In this document: positions 9,057-19,016 of the stretch, one piece after another | How positions within the stretch are numbered: the first letter of the stretch is position 1 | How the letters are laid out: every line of letters starts with the position of its first letter | The notes under the pieces: model-generated | What the model was told of the DNA's origin: nothing | Database searches by the model: none | What the model saw: only the letters and a program-made list of their open reading frames with translations | Position numbers and translations under genes: made by a program | Assembly (NCBI GenBank): GCA_963667015.2 | Contig: CAXXJJ010000004.1 | Location: 2,528,001-2,592,000, forward strand | Direction: 5' to 3' | Length of the DNA: 64,000 nucleotides | DNA from: Desulfatiglandales bacterium | Lineage (GTDB): Bacteria; Desulfobacterota; DSM-4660; Desulfatiglandales; HGW-15

Positions 9057-10064
9057 ATGCTGACGAAAAGACAAAATCTATTAGAAACCATCAAAGGCGG
9101 AAATCCTGACAGGTTTGTCAACCAGTACGAGGCCCTCGTTTGCCAGGACACCATGTTCGGTATGATCATGGGTGACCCGGTTATTGCTGGCAATCCGTCT
9201 ATTTTTCCCGGAGGTCAGATTGTAAATGGCTGGGGCGTTACGATTTCATGGCCGGAAGGACTTCCCGGTCCTTTTCCCGTCCACGATGAAGAGCACAAGG
9301 TTATCAAGGATATCACAAAATGGAAAGATGTTGTTAAGGCCCCGAGACTTGATTATCCCGCATCAGACTGGGATCAGTACAAACCGGGTATAGAGGCTAT
9401 TGACAGGAACGAAGTGTTTGCAACAGTCTTTATTGCCCCCGGCATCTTTGAGCAGACCCATTACCTCATGGGTGTGGATACCGCCTGTATGAACCTGATG
9501 ATGGAACCCGAAGCAATGAAGGAACTGATCGATTACATCACAGAATGGGAACTCGGCTACGCCGCACTGCTTTGTGAACATTTCAAACCTGATTGCATCT
9601 TCCATCATGATGACTGGGGCAGCCATAATTCATCATTTATGTCACCTGACATGTTTGGCGAATTCTTTGTACCTTCATATAAGAAGATTTACGGCTACTA
9701 CAGGGAGCATGGTGTTGAACTCATAGTTCATCACAGCGATGCATACGGCGCAAATCTTGTACCCCACATGATTGACATGGGAATCGATATATGGCAGGGA
9801 TGCGTTACAACAAACAATACCCCCGAACTTGTAAAGAAATACGGCGGACAGATCTCCTTTATGGGCGACATCGATAACGGCGTTGTTGACCGTGAAAACT
9901 GGACAAGAGAGACTATCGCAAAGGAAGTAAGAAGGGCCTGCGAAACAAACGGCACAAAGTACTTCATTCCAAATACAACTATGGGCGGCCCCATGAGCAC
10001 ATATCCCGGTGTTTATGAAGCTGTTTCCGAAGAAATAGACAAGATGAGCAAGGAGATGTTCTAA
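9057..10064 (+). CDS. Uroporphyrinogen decarboxylase (URO-D) superfamily protein, probable corrinoid methyltransferase-like
   Basis: GIFEQTHYLMG, HHDDWGS...FMSP, HHSD, ISFMGDID motifs; AAGGAG RBS. Confidence 0.8.
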   Translation: MLTKRQNLLETIKGGNPDRFVNQYEALVCQDTMFGMIMGDPVIAGNPSIFPGGQIVNGWGVTISWPEGLPGPFPVHDEEHKVIKDITKWKDVVKAPRLDYPASDWDQYKPGIEAIDRNEVFATVFIAPGIFEQTHYLMGVDTACMNLMMEPEAMKELIDYITEWELGYAALLCEHFKPDCIFHHDDWGSHNSSFMSPDMFGEFFVPSYKKIYGYYREHGVELIVHHSDAYGANLVPHMIDMGIDIWQGCVTTNNTPELVKKYGGQISFMGDIDNGVVDRENWTRETIAKEVRRACETNGTKYFIPNTTMGGPMSTYPGVYEAVSEEIDKMSKEMF

Positions 10065-10093
10065 TCAGTCTCATCTGACTCCAATCAGTAAAT

Positions 10094-10128
10094 AAAGACC
10101 AGGTTTTATAAAAAACCTGGTCTTTTTT
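10094..10128 (+). terminator. Intrinsic terminator
   Basis: aaagaccaggtttt-ataa-aaaacctggtc followed by T-run. Confidence 0.8.
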
Positions 10129-10271
10129 ATTATATTCGCTGTTATTTTTCTGTTAAATCATACTATACGTTTGCATTATTAACATTTATACTTCAATTAT
10201 ATTCTTACAGGGGCTACTCTCAAGCGAGGAGTATAAATCGACAGATAATAAAAAAGGAGATAATAATATAG

Positions 10272-11293
10272 ATGGATATTCATGAGATTTTGAGGATATT
10301 CATGAGATTTTAAAAAAAACAAAATCAGGGGAAATCCTGTCCCATAGCGAACTCGTCTACCTGCTCGATCTGGCACCCGACTCGCTTGAGAGTTATATAG
10401 TAATGGCCGAGGCCGCCCGTATCTCAAAGGAACTATCCGCTGGAAAGGCCGAGGTGCATGCCCAGTTTGCAGTCAATCTTGCGCCTTGCGCCTGTGAATG
10501 TCTTTTCTGCTCATTTGCAAAGGTTAATAAAATCTTCAGCCAGGCAACGGAACTGACTCCCGATGAGGCAGTTGACTATGCCCTAAGGTTTGAAAAAGAT
10601 GGAGCAAACGCCGTCTTTATGATGACAACGGCCAAATATCCCTTCGGGCGTTTCCTTGAAATATCAAAGGAGGTCAGGCAGAATTTAAAACCCGAAACAA
10701 TTATGATCGCCAATGTTGGAGACCAGGACATTGATAATGCATTCAAACTCAGGGATGCCGGTTTTACAGGGGTATATCATGCGGTTCGCCTGCGTGAAGG
10801 TGTTGATACCGGACTTCCGGTTGAACAGAGGATAAAAAGCATCAATAATTTCAGGGAAGCCGGTCTGAGTATAGGCACATGCGTTGAGCCGGTAGGACCC
10901 GAACATACCAGTGAAGAGCTCGCAGACATGATAGAGCTTACAGCATCCTTTGAACCGGCATTCAGCGGTGCGGCAAGGAGAATCACAATACCGGGTACAG
11001 AAATTGCCAAAAGGGGCATGATAAACGAGATGAGAATGGCCCAGATAGTGGCGGTTACAAGGCTTGGGATGCCGAGGACGGTAATGGGAAACTGCACACA
11101 TGAACCCTGTACCCTTGGTGCTGCCGGAGGGGCAAATCTCTTCTGGGCAGAGGTAGGGGCAAACCCAAGGGACACAGAGGAAAAGACCGAAGAAGGAAGA
11201 GGGGAGACAGTAGAAAGCTGCCGGAATATTTACAGAGAAAGCCAGTGGGATGTATGGGATGGCCCGTCGCGTTTTTATTCGCATTTACCATAA
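10272..11293 (+). pseudogene. BioB-like radical SAM protein, 5' end frameshifted by a 20-nt tandem duplication (intact ORF from 10403)
   Basis: CACECLFC CxxxCxxC motif; RBS-linked ATG at 10272 is out of frame with the main ORF because GGATATTCATGAGATTTT is duplicated. Confidence 0.75.
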
Positions 11294-11316
11294 TAACCTG
11301 AGATGAAGGTGCCCTG

Positions 11317-11709
11317 ATGAAAAAAATACTGATCTTTTTTGCGGCAGGATGTCTTGGCGGACTCATGAACAGCCTGGCAGTGTGGTTAATCGGTGATCTT
11401 GGGATTGCAAAATCACTCGGAGTACTGATAAAGCCAGCGTTAACACCTGCCTGGTTATACCCCAGAATTGTATGGGGCGGTATATGGGGGTTTGCATTTC
11501 TGATACCTATAATGAAATCCAGGGCATTTACAAAGGGAACGTTTATAAGCCTGTTTCCAACCCTTGTACAACTGTTTATTGTATTTCCATATAAAGCAGG
11601 TAAAGGCATGGCAGGCCTTGACCTGGGCCTTCTTACTCCTGTCTTTGTGCTGGTTTACAACTGGGTATGGGGAGTAGTTACAGCCCTGACCATAAAATTT
11701 TCAAGGTAA
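11317..11709 (+). CDS. Membrane protein of unknown function
   Basis: Four hydrophobic segments; WLYPRIVWGGIWG. Confidence 0.8.
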   Translation: MKKILIFFAAGCLGGLMNSLAVWLIGDLGIAKSLGVLIKPALTPAWLYPRIVWGGIWGFAFLIPIMKSRAFTKGTFISLFPTLVQLFIVFPYKAGKGMAGLDLGLLTPVFVLVYNWVWGVVTALTIKFSR

Positions 11710-11721
11710 GGAGTATACAAA

Positions 11722-12435
11722 ATGAAGAAAATATCAGTTATTAGTTTTTTTATCTTACTGTTTATTTCCGCTGCAACAGCACAGGCCATTGACACAGAGA
11801 TCCCGCATGTGACTGTTTTTGGAACCGCAGTCAAAGAAGTCGTCCCCGATAAAATGCTGTGGAGTGTTCAGGTAATGAACAAGGATCAACTGCTGGAGGA
11901 TGTGACAAAAAAGCACATAGATATTGTAGAAAGGGTCACTGCCCTCCTGAACAGCGAAGGCATTAAAGAAGATCTCCAGACCACACGCATGGAATTCGGA
12001 GAAAACTGGAACTACCGAAACGGGAACAGGCTGAAGGAAGGGTATTTTGCCAGAACATTCATAGCCTTTTCCATGACAGACTTTTTAAAATATAAAAAAA
12101 TCTGGCTCGGGCTTGCGGCTATAAATGATGTAAGTGTACAAAATGTCGGCTATGATCATACAGACAGGATCAATATCCAGAATGAAACAAGGGTCAAAGC
12201 GCTTCATGAGGCAAAGAAAAAAGCTGCAATACTGGCAGAAAGCATTGGAAGCAGAATAGCAGAACCCATTGTTATTGAAGAGGAGTGGGGCGGGGATGAT
12301 GTTGTCATGAACAATGTAAGAATGAAACAGGCGGCAACCTTTGACGCACAAGGTGAATCATCCGTATCACCCGGCTTGATTTCCATACGTATGAGGCTCA
12401 AGGCATCATTCAGGCTGGTTACACCGGCTGAATAA
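11722..12435 (+). CDS. SIMPL domain (DUF541) periplasmic protein
   Basis: Signal peptide; VTVFGTA..EVVPD; AL.EAKKKA..LA..IG; SPG.I.I. Confidence 0.85.
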   Translation: MKKISVISFFILLFISAATAQAIDTEIPHVTVFGTAVKEVVPDKMLWSVQVMNKDQLLEDVTKKHIDIVERVTALLNSEGIKEDLQTTRMEFGENWNYRNGNRLKEGYFARTFIAFSMTDFLKYKKIWLGLAAINDVSVQNVGYDHTDRINIQNETRVKALHEAKKKAAILAESIGSRIAEPIVIEEEWGGDDVVMNNVRMKQAATFDAQGESSVSPGLISIRMRLKASFRLVTPAE

Positions 12436-12780
12436 GCTTACCAATTCTGGAAAGGAAGAGAACCTAAAGTTCATAACATTGACCCTGAACCTCTATCAAT
12501 AGTTACTTTTTCATTTATTGTTTTAGGCTTAATTTTGAATTTCCATAAGAAAAATAGGCATGCTTTATTCCCTGCCACACGCTCTTCTGCTGATAAGATG
12601 GCAAAGGCAAATAGTTTCGATACATTTGTTGAGCATTGGCAAAACTATCTGTTTCGTATTGAAAGATCCTGGGAGAACATTGACAGGCTTCTGAAAAATC
12701 AAAAAGGTTACCAGCAATGGATCAAATCATATAAGAAACTAAGGGAAAAAGATCCATTATTAATTTAATTCCTGCGAAGT

Positions 12781-13047
12781 TTATCGAGAAACCCGTTTTT
12801 TGACCGATTCGGTAGAAAGTTTTGCTGGGGGTATCGTTTTCTTTGCGATGTCAATAAGAGAAAGGAGTGCATCATTCACTGCTTCCTCATTCGGAAAAGC
12901 CTGTGCAACCTCCGGATTGAGCACAACAATATTGGATGACTCTTTCAAGCGTTTTGCATACTTGCCTCGCACAAAGCCATCAGGGAAATCAGAGCGTTTA
13001 TACTCTGGTCGGAGTTCGTCTTTATCGATTTTTTTATCCTTCTTCAT
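12781..13047 (-). CDS. BrnA-like antitoxin
   Basis: DELRPEY...VRGKY...VVLNPEVAQAFPNEEAVNDAL; overlaps BrnT-like toxin gene. Confidence 0.8.
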   Translation of the reverse strand: MKKDKKIDKDELRPEYKRSDFPDGFVRGKYAKRLKESSNIVVLNPEVAQAFPNEEAVNDALLSLIDIAKKTIPPAKLSTESVKKRVSR

Positions 13048-13306
13048 AAAGTTCTCTTTCTCCTTTACTCGCTTTACGAGCGCTTATAAGCCTTATAGTT
13101 TCTCCTTCGGCAGTATGACTTACTACGAGTAGTCTGCTTCTTGCAGACACCCCAAATGTGATATATCGATCTTCATAATCTGAATGATCCGGATCAGCAC
13201 CTGTTATAGCCATGGGATCACTCAGGGCAGTTGCAGCTTCTTCAAACGCAACCTCATGTTTCTTAAGATTTATTCTCGCCTTTTTAGGGTCCCACTCAAT
13301 TTTCAT
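13034..13306 (-). CDS. brnT: BrnT family toxin
   Basis: IEWDPKKARINLKKH.V.FEEA, EDRYITFG, IRLISARKA. Confidence 0.92.
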   Translation of the reverse strand: MKIEWDPKKARINLKKHEVAFEEAATALSDPMAITGADPDHSDYEDRYITFGVSARSRLLVVSHTAEGETIRLISARKASKGERELYEEG

Positions 13307-13599
13307 GCCCTGGATTATACCATCTTCCTTCATTTTTTCCAGAAGTTTTACAGCTATACAGAACCCCTGGGCGAGTTGCCTGGAAAATCGTTCATTAAGA
13401 AGAAGCTGGGCAAAAAATCGGATATTTCAGATGAGATAATACACCCATCCTATAAATTTATAGGATTTGAAACAACAGAGATAAGATCAGTTTTAAAATT
13501 ATAAAATGTAGCAGGAAAATTAATATATAACTATGTAATGAGCTAACCGGAGACCCGTTGCCTCAATACTTACAGAAAGCATCTTTATATTTCCGGAAC

Positions 13600-13628
13600 T
13601 TGACATAAAATATACGCTGGCATATTCT
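13600..13628 (+). promoter_or_regulatory. Sigma70-type promoter of vapBC
   Basis: TTGACA-N17-TATTCT. Confidence 0.65.
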
Positions 13629-13659
13629 ATAGCCTATGCTTTAAAAAAAGGAGTTAAAA

Positions 13660-13902
13660 ATGATTGAGCTACAAAAACATGTGCGTTTGTTTCGTAATGG
13701 GCGAAATCAGGCTGTTCGAATTCCCAAGGAATTCGAGTTCGACTGTGACGAGGCCATCATGAGAAAAGAAGGTAAAAAGCTAATTTTGGAACCGGTTAAA
13801 AAGAAAGGTTTATTGTCAGTTCTGGAAGAACTTGAGCCTTTGGATGTTGATTTTCCTGATATTGATAAAAATCTTCTCCCGCTGGATGATGTTCAACTAT
13901 GA
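13660..13902 (+). CDS. vapB: AbrB/MazE-type antitoxin (VapB)
   Basis: LFRNGRNQAVRIPKEFEF motif. Confidence 0.92.
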   Translation: MIELQKHVRLFRNGRNQAVRIPKEFEFDCDEAIMRKEGKKLILEPVKKKGLLSVLEELEPLDVDFPDIDKNLLPLDDVQL

Positions 13903-14312
13903 CTCTCAAACCTCAGTATCTTCTGGATACAAATATTATCTCCGAAATGGTGCTAAATCCCCAGGGTAAATTAAAAAACATAATAGCAGAAAAAGGTGAA
14001 GATTCTGTCTGCACAAGTATAATTGTATCCAGTGAGTTACGCTTTGGTGCTGAAAAAAAAGGATCAGAGCGACTGCGCTTTCAATTAGAGGCCATACTAT
14101 CAACAATTGAAATACTGCCCTTTCAGGAACCGGCCGATATACATTATGCAAATTTACGCACAACACTGGAAAAAAAGGGGACTCCAATAGGCCCGAATGA
14201 TTTGCTGATAGCAGCCCATACCGCTTCTCTGGGACTCGTACTTGTAACTGCTAACTTTAGGGAATTCAGCCAGGTACCCGGTCTTGCGGTTGAAAATTGG
14301 CTGGATGGATAA
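13899..14312 (+). CDS. vapC: PIN-domain toxin (VapC)
   Basis: YLLDTNIIS, IGPNDLLIAAH, LVTAN.REF..V.GL.VENW. Confidence 0.93.
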   Translation: MTLKPQYLLDTNIISEMVLNPQGKLKNIIAEKGEDSVCTSIIVSSELRFGAEKKGSERLRFQLEAILSTIEILPFQEPADIHYANLRTTLEKKGTPIGPNDLLIAAHTASLGLVLVTANFREFSQVPGLAVENWLDG

Positions 14313-14743
14313 ACATTTACCGCATAAATGAGTTGTCTTTTCGGTCTTTTTTATTATTCCATAAAAGAGCACAGGGATTTTCTCCCCTCTGCAAAGGCTT
14401 TAAAAGCCTTAATACTACGACTTTTCAGGTGTTAATAACTGTTCATGGTCGTTCCCGATGTATCCTATAAGTCAATTGAACGGATCTTTCGCTTGTCTTT
14501 GGATCTGCGGAATGGTATGAGTGGATTGAGGATATCATACAAATTCAGAGTTCGCTCATGACCTTCTTTGTCTTTATATTTCCGCCTTCCAATCTCAAGA
14601 TCTCCTTTATTAAGAAATAGAAGTTTAAAGAAATCTCCAGCGAGTTTTACTGCTTTAAACCTATCGAAAAATATAAAATGTGTCAGGGCAGTGCTATATC
14701 AAAATATGAATAGTAACCCGTTATCCGGTGTTTTCCATTTCTA

Positions 14744-14891
14744 TTGACTTTACCGGACAATAAAAATATGTTGGGATAGTAAAAAAAAATAGCATGAAGC
14801 TGATCAATTAATTTAAATAGAACTTTTTTTGAATTTTCAAGGCCATGAAGGTCTGCCCCATCTCAGGGTGCGGATTTCATGGCCTTTTTTT
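14744..14891 (+). promoter_or_regulatory. Dual-hairpin attenuator leader, copy 1
   Basis: TTGACT-N17-TATGTT; P1 AGC-ATGAA-GCT (14791-14801); P2 GGCC-ATGAA-GGTC (14841-14853) overlapping terminator ending ttcatggcc-T7. Confidence 0.8.
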
Positions 14892-14934
14892 ATTACATCC
14901 GAAACACAATAAAACTGGATATGGAGGATTGATT

Positions 14935-15780
14935 ATGGAATTGCGGAAGGATATGGAAAGACTCTGTTCATTGACGAAAACACCGAGGGGCTGGTATGTG
15001 CTCTATCAGGGTACCTATATGACCCCCAATATTTTTAATCTCCATGAAAAAGGATTGTTTACGTTCAGGCCACGCATTGCAGTGGAATTGGGCGCACGCC
15101 TGCTGGTGAATGAACAAAAGGGTGTTGCAATCCAGTATATGTATCTTGTGGATTCAAATATTGTTAATGAAAAAACCGGTGAAAGATACCTTTCAAAGGT
15201 GGAAAGAGGCTTATTTCCTCTGCCTGAGGATCTGAAGCTGGATGAATTAAAACTGCTAGAGAAGGTGACCGAAAAGACAGTCAGGGGAGAAATCATCAGG
15301 GTCTATAATGAATGGATTTCAACTTTTTCAGAAGAAAAGAGTAATAAGGTGAATATAGCAGATATAAAAAAAGAACTATCATCCATTGTAGAGAAGGGAA
15401 AGAAATTTTATCAGGAATGGCTTGTAAAAAATAACAGTCCCTGGATACTTCCCTCTCTTCCAAGAATGATGCATGATTTCAGATATGGAATTTTTAAGCG
15501 GGTTGGAGATGAACTGTATAAAAACTACAGGGAAATGGGTGGAAACAATACTGAAGAGGACCTTATGAAAAAGATAAACCTGTTTTCACGAATATATGAG
15601 GGAGAGGGACTGATTAAACCGGAGGGCTCTCTATGGAATGACGAGGATGAGATATGGGACTGCTGGATTGCCTTTTCAGGCTCAGAGGAAGAAGCAAAAA
15701 TAATTTGTCTAACTATGGAAAAGGTGCTGATCCCCCTAAAAGAAGAATTGAGAGAAGAAGTCGACATTGACACTGTATAA
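14935..15780 (+). CDS. Hypothetical protein
   Basis: ATG at 14935 after GGAGGA RBS; 281-aa ORF; no recognised domain. Confidence 0.75.
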   Translation: MELRKDMERLCSLTKTPRGWYVLYQGTYMTPNIFNLHEKGLFTFRPRIAVELGARLLVNEQKGVAIQYMYLVDSNIVNEKTGERYLSKVERGLFPLPEDLKLDELKLLEKVTEKTVRGEIIRVYNEWISTFSEEKSNKVNIADIKKELSSIVEKGKKFYQEWLVKNNSPWILPSLPRMMHDFRYGIFKRVGDELYKNYREMGGNNTEEDLMKKINLFSRIYEGEGLIKPEGSLWNDEDEIWDCWIAFSGSEEEAKIICLTMEKVLIPLKEELREEVDIDTV

Positions 15781-15785
15781 ATAAT

Positions 15786-16397
15786 ATGGAAACAACTATT
15801 TTTGAAACCCATTATAAAGAATATTGCAGGCAAATTGCTGAACTAGATCTTTCTTCTAAAAAAGATACACTTGGTATAGAGATAGTAGATCAAAAGGCTG
15901 TTATCTCCTTTTTTGGTGAGGAGTATATTGTTTCAGGTGAAGGAATTTCAGATAGTTCAGGTAACCTCCCGGATTATGGGATTTGCGTAATTCTCTCCAA
16001 GTACCTGTTGCTATGCTTCGCAACTCCTGTTGTAAATAACGAGTGGTCGGCGCTAAAGGATTTTCATAAGATGTCCCAGTTTACAAACCTAAATGTCTTT
16101 ATCAGTGATGCGGAACGTCCCATTATTGAAAGATTTTCAGGTCGAATTGATGCATTAAGAAATGCCTCTCAAAAGCTTGGCGGAGTGTCCTGCGAACTAA
16201 GTTCATCCTATGATCTTGCCATGCAATTTAAGGCCTTACCCAAAATAGATATTTTGCTGCTTTTTAATGATGGAGATGATGAGTTTCCAGCTGCTTGTTC
16301 CATTTTGTTTCAAAAACATGCCGAGGAGTATCTGGACCCTGAATCGCTCATAATGACTGGAATAGCCCTCACAAAACGATTAAAGATTCATGATTGA
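15786..16397 (+). CDS. DUF3786 domain protein
   Basis: FFGEEYIV, ILSKYLL, F.ALPKI...L.F.DGDDEFPAACSILF...AEEYLD.E pattern. Confidence 0.8.
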   Translation: METTIFETHYKEYCRQIAELDLSSKKDTLGIEIVDQKAVISFFGEEYIVSGEGISDSSGNLPDYGICVILSKYLLLCFATPVVNNEWSALKDFHKMSQFTNLNVFISDAERPIIERFSGRIDALRNASQKLGGVSCELSSSYDLAMQFKALPKIDILLLFNDGDDEFPAACSILFQKHAEEYLDPESLIMTGIALTKRLKIHD

Positions 16398-16615
16398 CAA
16401 TGACCGCCAGTTAAGATAGTAAATATTGAGAAAATAGGTAGCTGAAGCTGCTGAATATTTGTTTAGGAATTAAACATAAATTTGTAAAACAGATATAAAA
16501 AAGCATAACAATACAGGCAGTTACCGCAATTAACAGCGGTGATTCTAAAAATAATTTTAAGGCCACGAAGGTCTATATTTCTACAGTAGAAATGTATCTT
16601 CGTGGCTTTTTTTTT
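16394..16615 (+). promoter_or_regulatory. Dual-hairpin attenuator leader, copy 2
   Basis: TTGACA-N17-TAGTAA; P1 GGTAGC-TGAA-GCTGCT (16437-16452); P2 GGCC-ACGAA-GGTC (16561-16573); terminator ends cttcgtggc-T9. Confidence 0.85.
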
Positions 16616-16631
16616 AATAGGAGGATTTGAT

Positions 16632-18917
16632 ATGAATTTGAAGTTAAAAGTTCTTTTTATTACGGCAATAATGATGTTACTCACCCAGCCTGTCTGGGCT
16701 GAAGCGGAACAGGATGACAATGACGAGTACCAGCTTGAAACAGTAACAGTTATAGCAACAAAAACTCCAAAGGCGCCGCTGGATTCACCGGCAAGCGTTT
16801 CTATTATTCCCGAAGTTGTAATAGATGCATTTAATTCAGAACATCCCTTTAAGCCTCTGTTCAGGACAGAGGGGATATATCCCCGCCAGTACAGAGGACT
16901 TGCAGATTACTGGTCCCGCCCGATGATAAGGGGAAACAGGGCGCTTGTCATGGTCGACGGCCTCAACTGGTATGATTATGGACAGTACTATAACACCGGG
17001 GCCATCCCCATGACCGATGTAGAAAAAATAGAGGTGGTCCGTGGACCTTTTTCCGCACTTTACGGCACACTTGCCCAGACCGGTGTTATCAATTATATCA
17101 CCAAGATCTCCTATGAAACCGAGGCAAACGCATCTTTTTCCTATGGCACAGACAACACAAAATACTTTAGCGCTCGTATTGCCGGCCGCCCCTTTGCTGA
17201 CCCGTATGATCCTGAAAATCCTACCTGGGTGGAGAACACCCTTGGAGACAGCTTCTTCTATTCCATGAGCTTTAAATACAGGACAACCGACGGTTATGTT
17301 ACGAATCCCTATTATATAACCCCATCCAGCAACAACCTGGTAAGTGAAACTGACTCAACCGTCCCCGTGGCTACAAACGTGGCCACAGATCTCAATCCCC
17401 AGGGCGGAGCCACCCGCTACATTGTCGGGACCAACGGCAAAAACTGGTACGAGGATTACGGGGCATTTTTAAAAGCCGGATATGAATTTACAGATTATTC
17501 AAAAATCTGGTACAGCTTTAACGCCAGCCAGTTTGAATATGGATGGCTGGGAGGCAAAAGCTGTCTTGTGGATGCCAGCGGTAATCCCATTACATCGGGA
17601 CTTTTTTACCTTCAGAACGGCTCCGACACATACGGATACACCCTGACTGACACCACATTTACAGTAACCTCCTACCAAAAAGAATCATATGTTCACACCC
17701 TTCACTATGACTACTCTGTACCGGACAAGGTGGATGTAACCGCCCTTATTGGATACAACGACAAAGAAACACAGTCTCATTCGGTTTCCAGTGCCTATAC
17801 CAAGATTGAGGACAACGATCTTCTCCAGGCAGATGTCTCCGCCACCTTTTATATGATGGACAACCAGCTGCTTTTAACTGTGGGGTCCCAGGGGATTAAT
17901 GAGACAGCCACAGTCACCAAATACAACCTGTCCAGCCCAAGTGATCCTGACAGTCGAGTCTCGGTTCAAACAAAGGATTCTGGAGAAAGCCTGACCTGGG
18001 GTACCTTTATCCAGGCAGAATATACGCCCGTTGAATCCACCACTCTGTATCTGGGAGGACGGTATGACCACTGGTGGGCCACGGATACGGAGTATTATGA
18101 TATAAACGGAAACTATGCGGAAAGTGATGATGTTGATGACGGCCAGTTCAGCCCCAAAGCCTCCGTGGTTTACCGGCTAAAGGAAAACGGTGTGCTACGC
18201 GCATCCTATGGTAAATCATTCACCGCCCCATCTCTCTACTACAGAATCGCAAGTTACAGTTATTCGATTGGTGGGGAAACGGCCTATGCTGCTGGTAACC
18301 CTGACCTGGATCCCACTACAAACACGTCATGGGAACTGGGTACAGAGTGGGAGTTTCTTGACAAACACCTGCGTGTAAAAACCACCTACTTTGAGAACGA
18401 TTATGACGACCTCGTAGTAAATGCAACCAGGAGCTACGTAATAGACGGTGAAACGGTCAGCATAAAGAAACGGGTCAATGCCGAGTCGGCTGAAGTCAAC
18501 GGTATTGAAACCGGCATCGAGGCCATCCTGCCCATGAATCTGAAAGGCGGTATTCACTATACTCATCACTGGTCCGAGTATACCCATACCGAAGGAAACA
18601 GCAGAGACGGCTGGGAGGTTGATGAGGTCCCCACGGATATCTTTAACCTGTGGCTTGGATATTTTACCGATTTCCTGGACGCCTCAATTAACCTGAGATA
18701 CTCTGACAGCGTTTATGACGACAAGCGTGATCCGGATGCAAGTTCAGTTTTTAACGATTACACTGACTCCTTTATTGTTGATGCCCAGATAACCATCAAA
18801 CCCAGCAGAATGCTGGCGTTTTCCCTGTCAGTGGATAACCTTCTGGATGAAGAATACTATGAATACTACCAGGGGCCCGGCAGATCATTACTTGGATCAG
18901 TCAGTATTTCATTTTAA
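16632..18917 (+). CDS. TonB-dependent receptor
   Basis: Signal peptide, TonB box LETVTV, plug motif VEKIEVVRGPFSALYG, NLLDEEY and C-terminal F; AGGAGG RBS before ATG 16632. Confidence 0.95.
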   Translation: MNLKLKVLFITAIMMLLTQPVWAEAEQDDNDEYQLETVTVIATKTPKAPLDSPASVSIIPEVVIDAFNSEHPFKPLFRTEGIYPRQYRGLADYWSRPMIRGNRALVMVDGLNWYDYGQYYNTGAIPMTDVEKIEVVRGPFSALYGTLAQTGVINYITKISYETEANASFSYGTDNTKYFSARIAGRPFADPYDPENPTWVENTLGDSFFYSMSFKYRTTDGYVTNPYYITPSSNNLVSETDSTVPVATNVATDLNPQGGATRYIVGTNGKNWYEDYGAFLKAGYEFTDYSKIWYSFNASQFEYGWLGGKSCLVDASGNPITSGLFYLQNGSDTYGYTLTDTTFTVTSYQKESYVHTLHYDYSVPDKVDVTALIGYNDKETQSHSVSSAYTKIEDNDLLQADVSATFYMMDNQLLLTVGSQGINETATVTKYNLSSPSDPDSRVSVQTKDSGESLTWGTFIQAEYTPVESTTLYLGGRYDHWWATDTEYYDINGNYAESDDVDDGQFSPKASVVYRLKENGVLRASYGKSFTAPSLYYRIASYSYSIGGETAYAAGNPDLDPTTNTSWELGTEWEFLDKHLRVKTTYFENDYDDLVVNATRSYVIDGETVSIKKRVNAESAEVNGIETGIEAILPMNLKGGIHYTHHWSEYTHTEGNSRDGWEVDEVPTDIFNLWLGYFTDFLDASINLRYSDSVYDDKRDPDASSVFNDYTDSFIVDAQITIKPSRMLAFSLSVDNLLDEEYYEYYQGPGRSLLGSVSISF

Positions 18918-18946
18918 GGAAACCTGAAGGGACCATAACATTCACT

Positions 18947-18990
18947 GATGCGGTTACTGCCGGCTTGATAAATCAGGCAGTAACCGCATC
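18947..18990. terminator. Strong intergenic hairpin (mRNA stabiliser or partial terminator)
   Basis: gatgcggttactgcc...ggcagtaaccgcatc 15-bp perfect stem, no T-tract. Confidence 0.55.
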
Positions 18991-19016
18991 CATAAACACT
19001 TTATAAATGGAACAGC

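Noticed and set aside
12535..12768. Functional gene
   Set aside because: TTG start without RBS and abrupt end against the TA module; probably a remnant that I cannot assign.
14791..14891. Canonical ANTAR target, or NiCo/Moco riboswitch, as the identity of the repeated leader
   Set aside because: Loops are 4-5 nt rather than A1/G4 hexaloops, linkers are long and variable, and NiCo or Moco consensus features are not seen. An Rfam search is still needed to exclude them.
14845..14934. N-terminal extensions of ORFs at 14845 and 16602
   Set aside because: They run through the terminator hairpins; downstream ATGs (14935, 16632) have proper RBSs.
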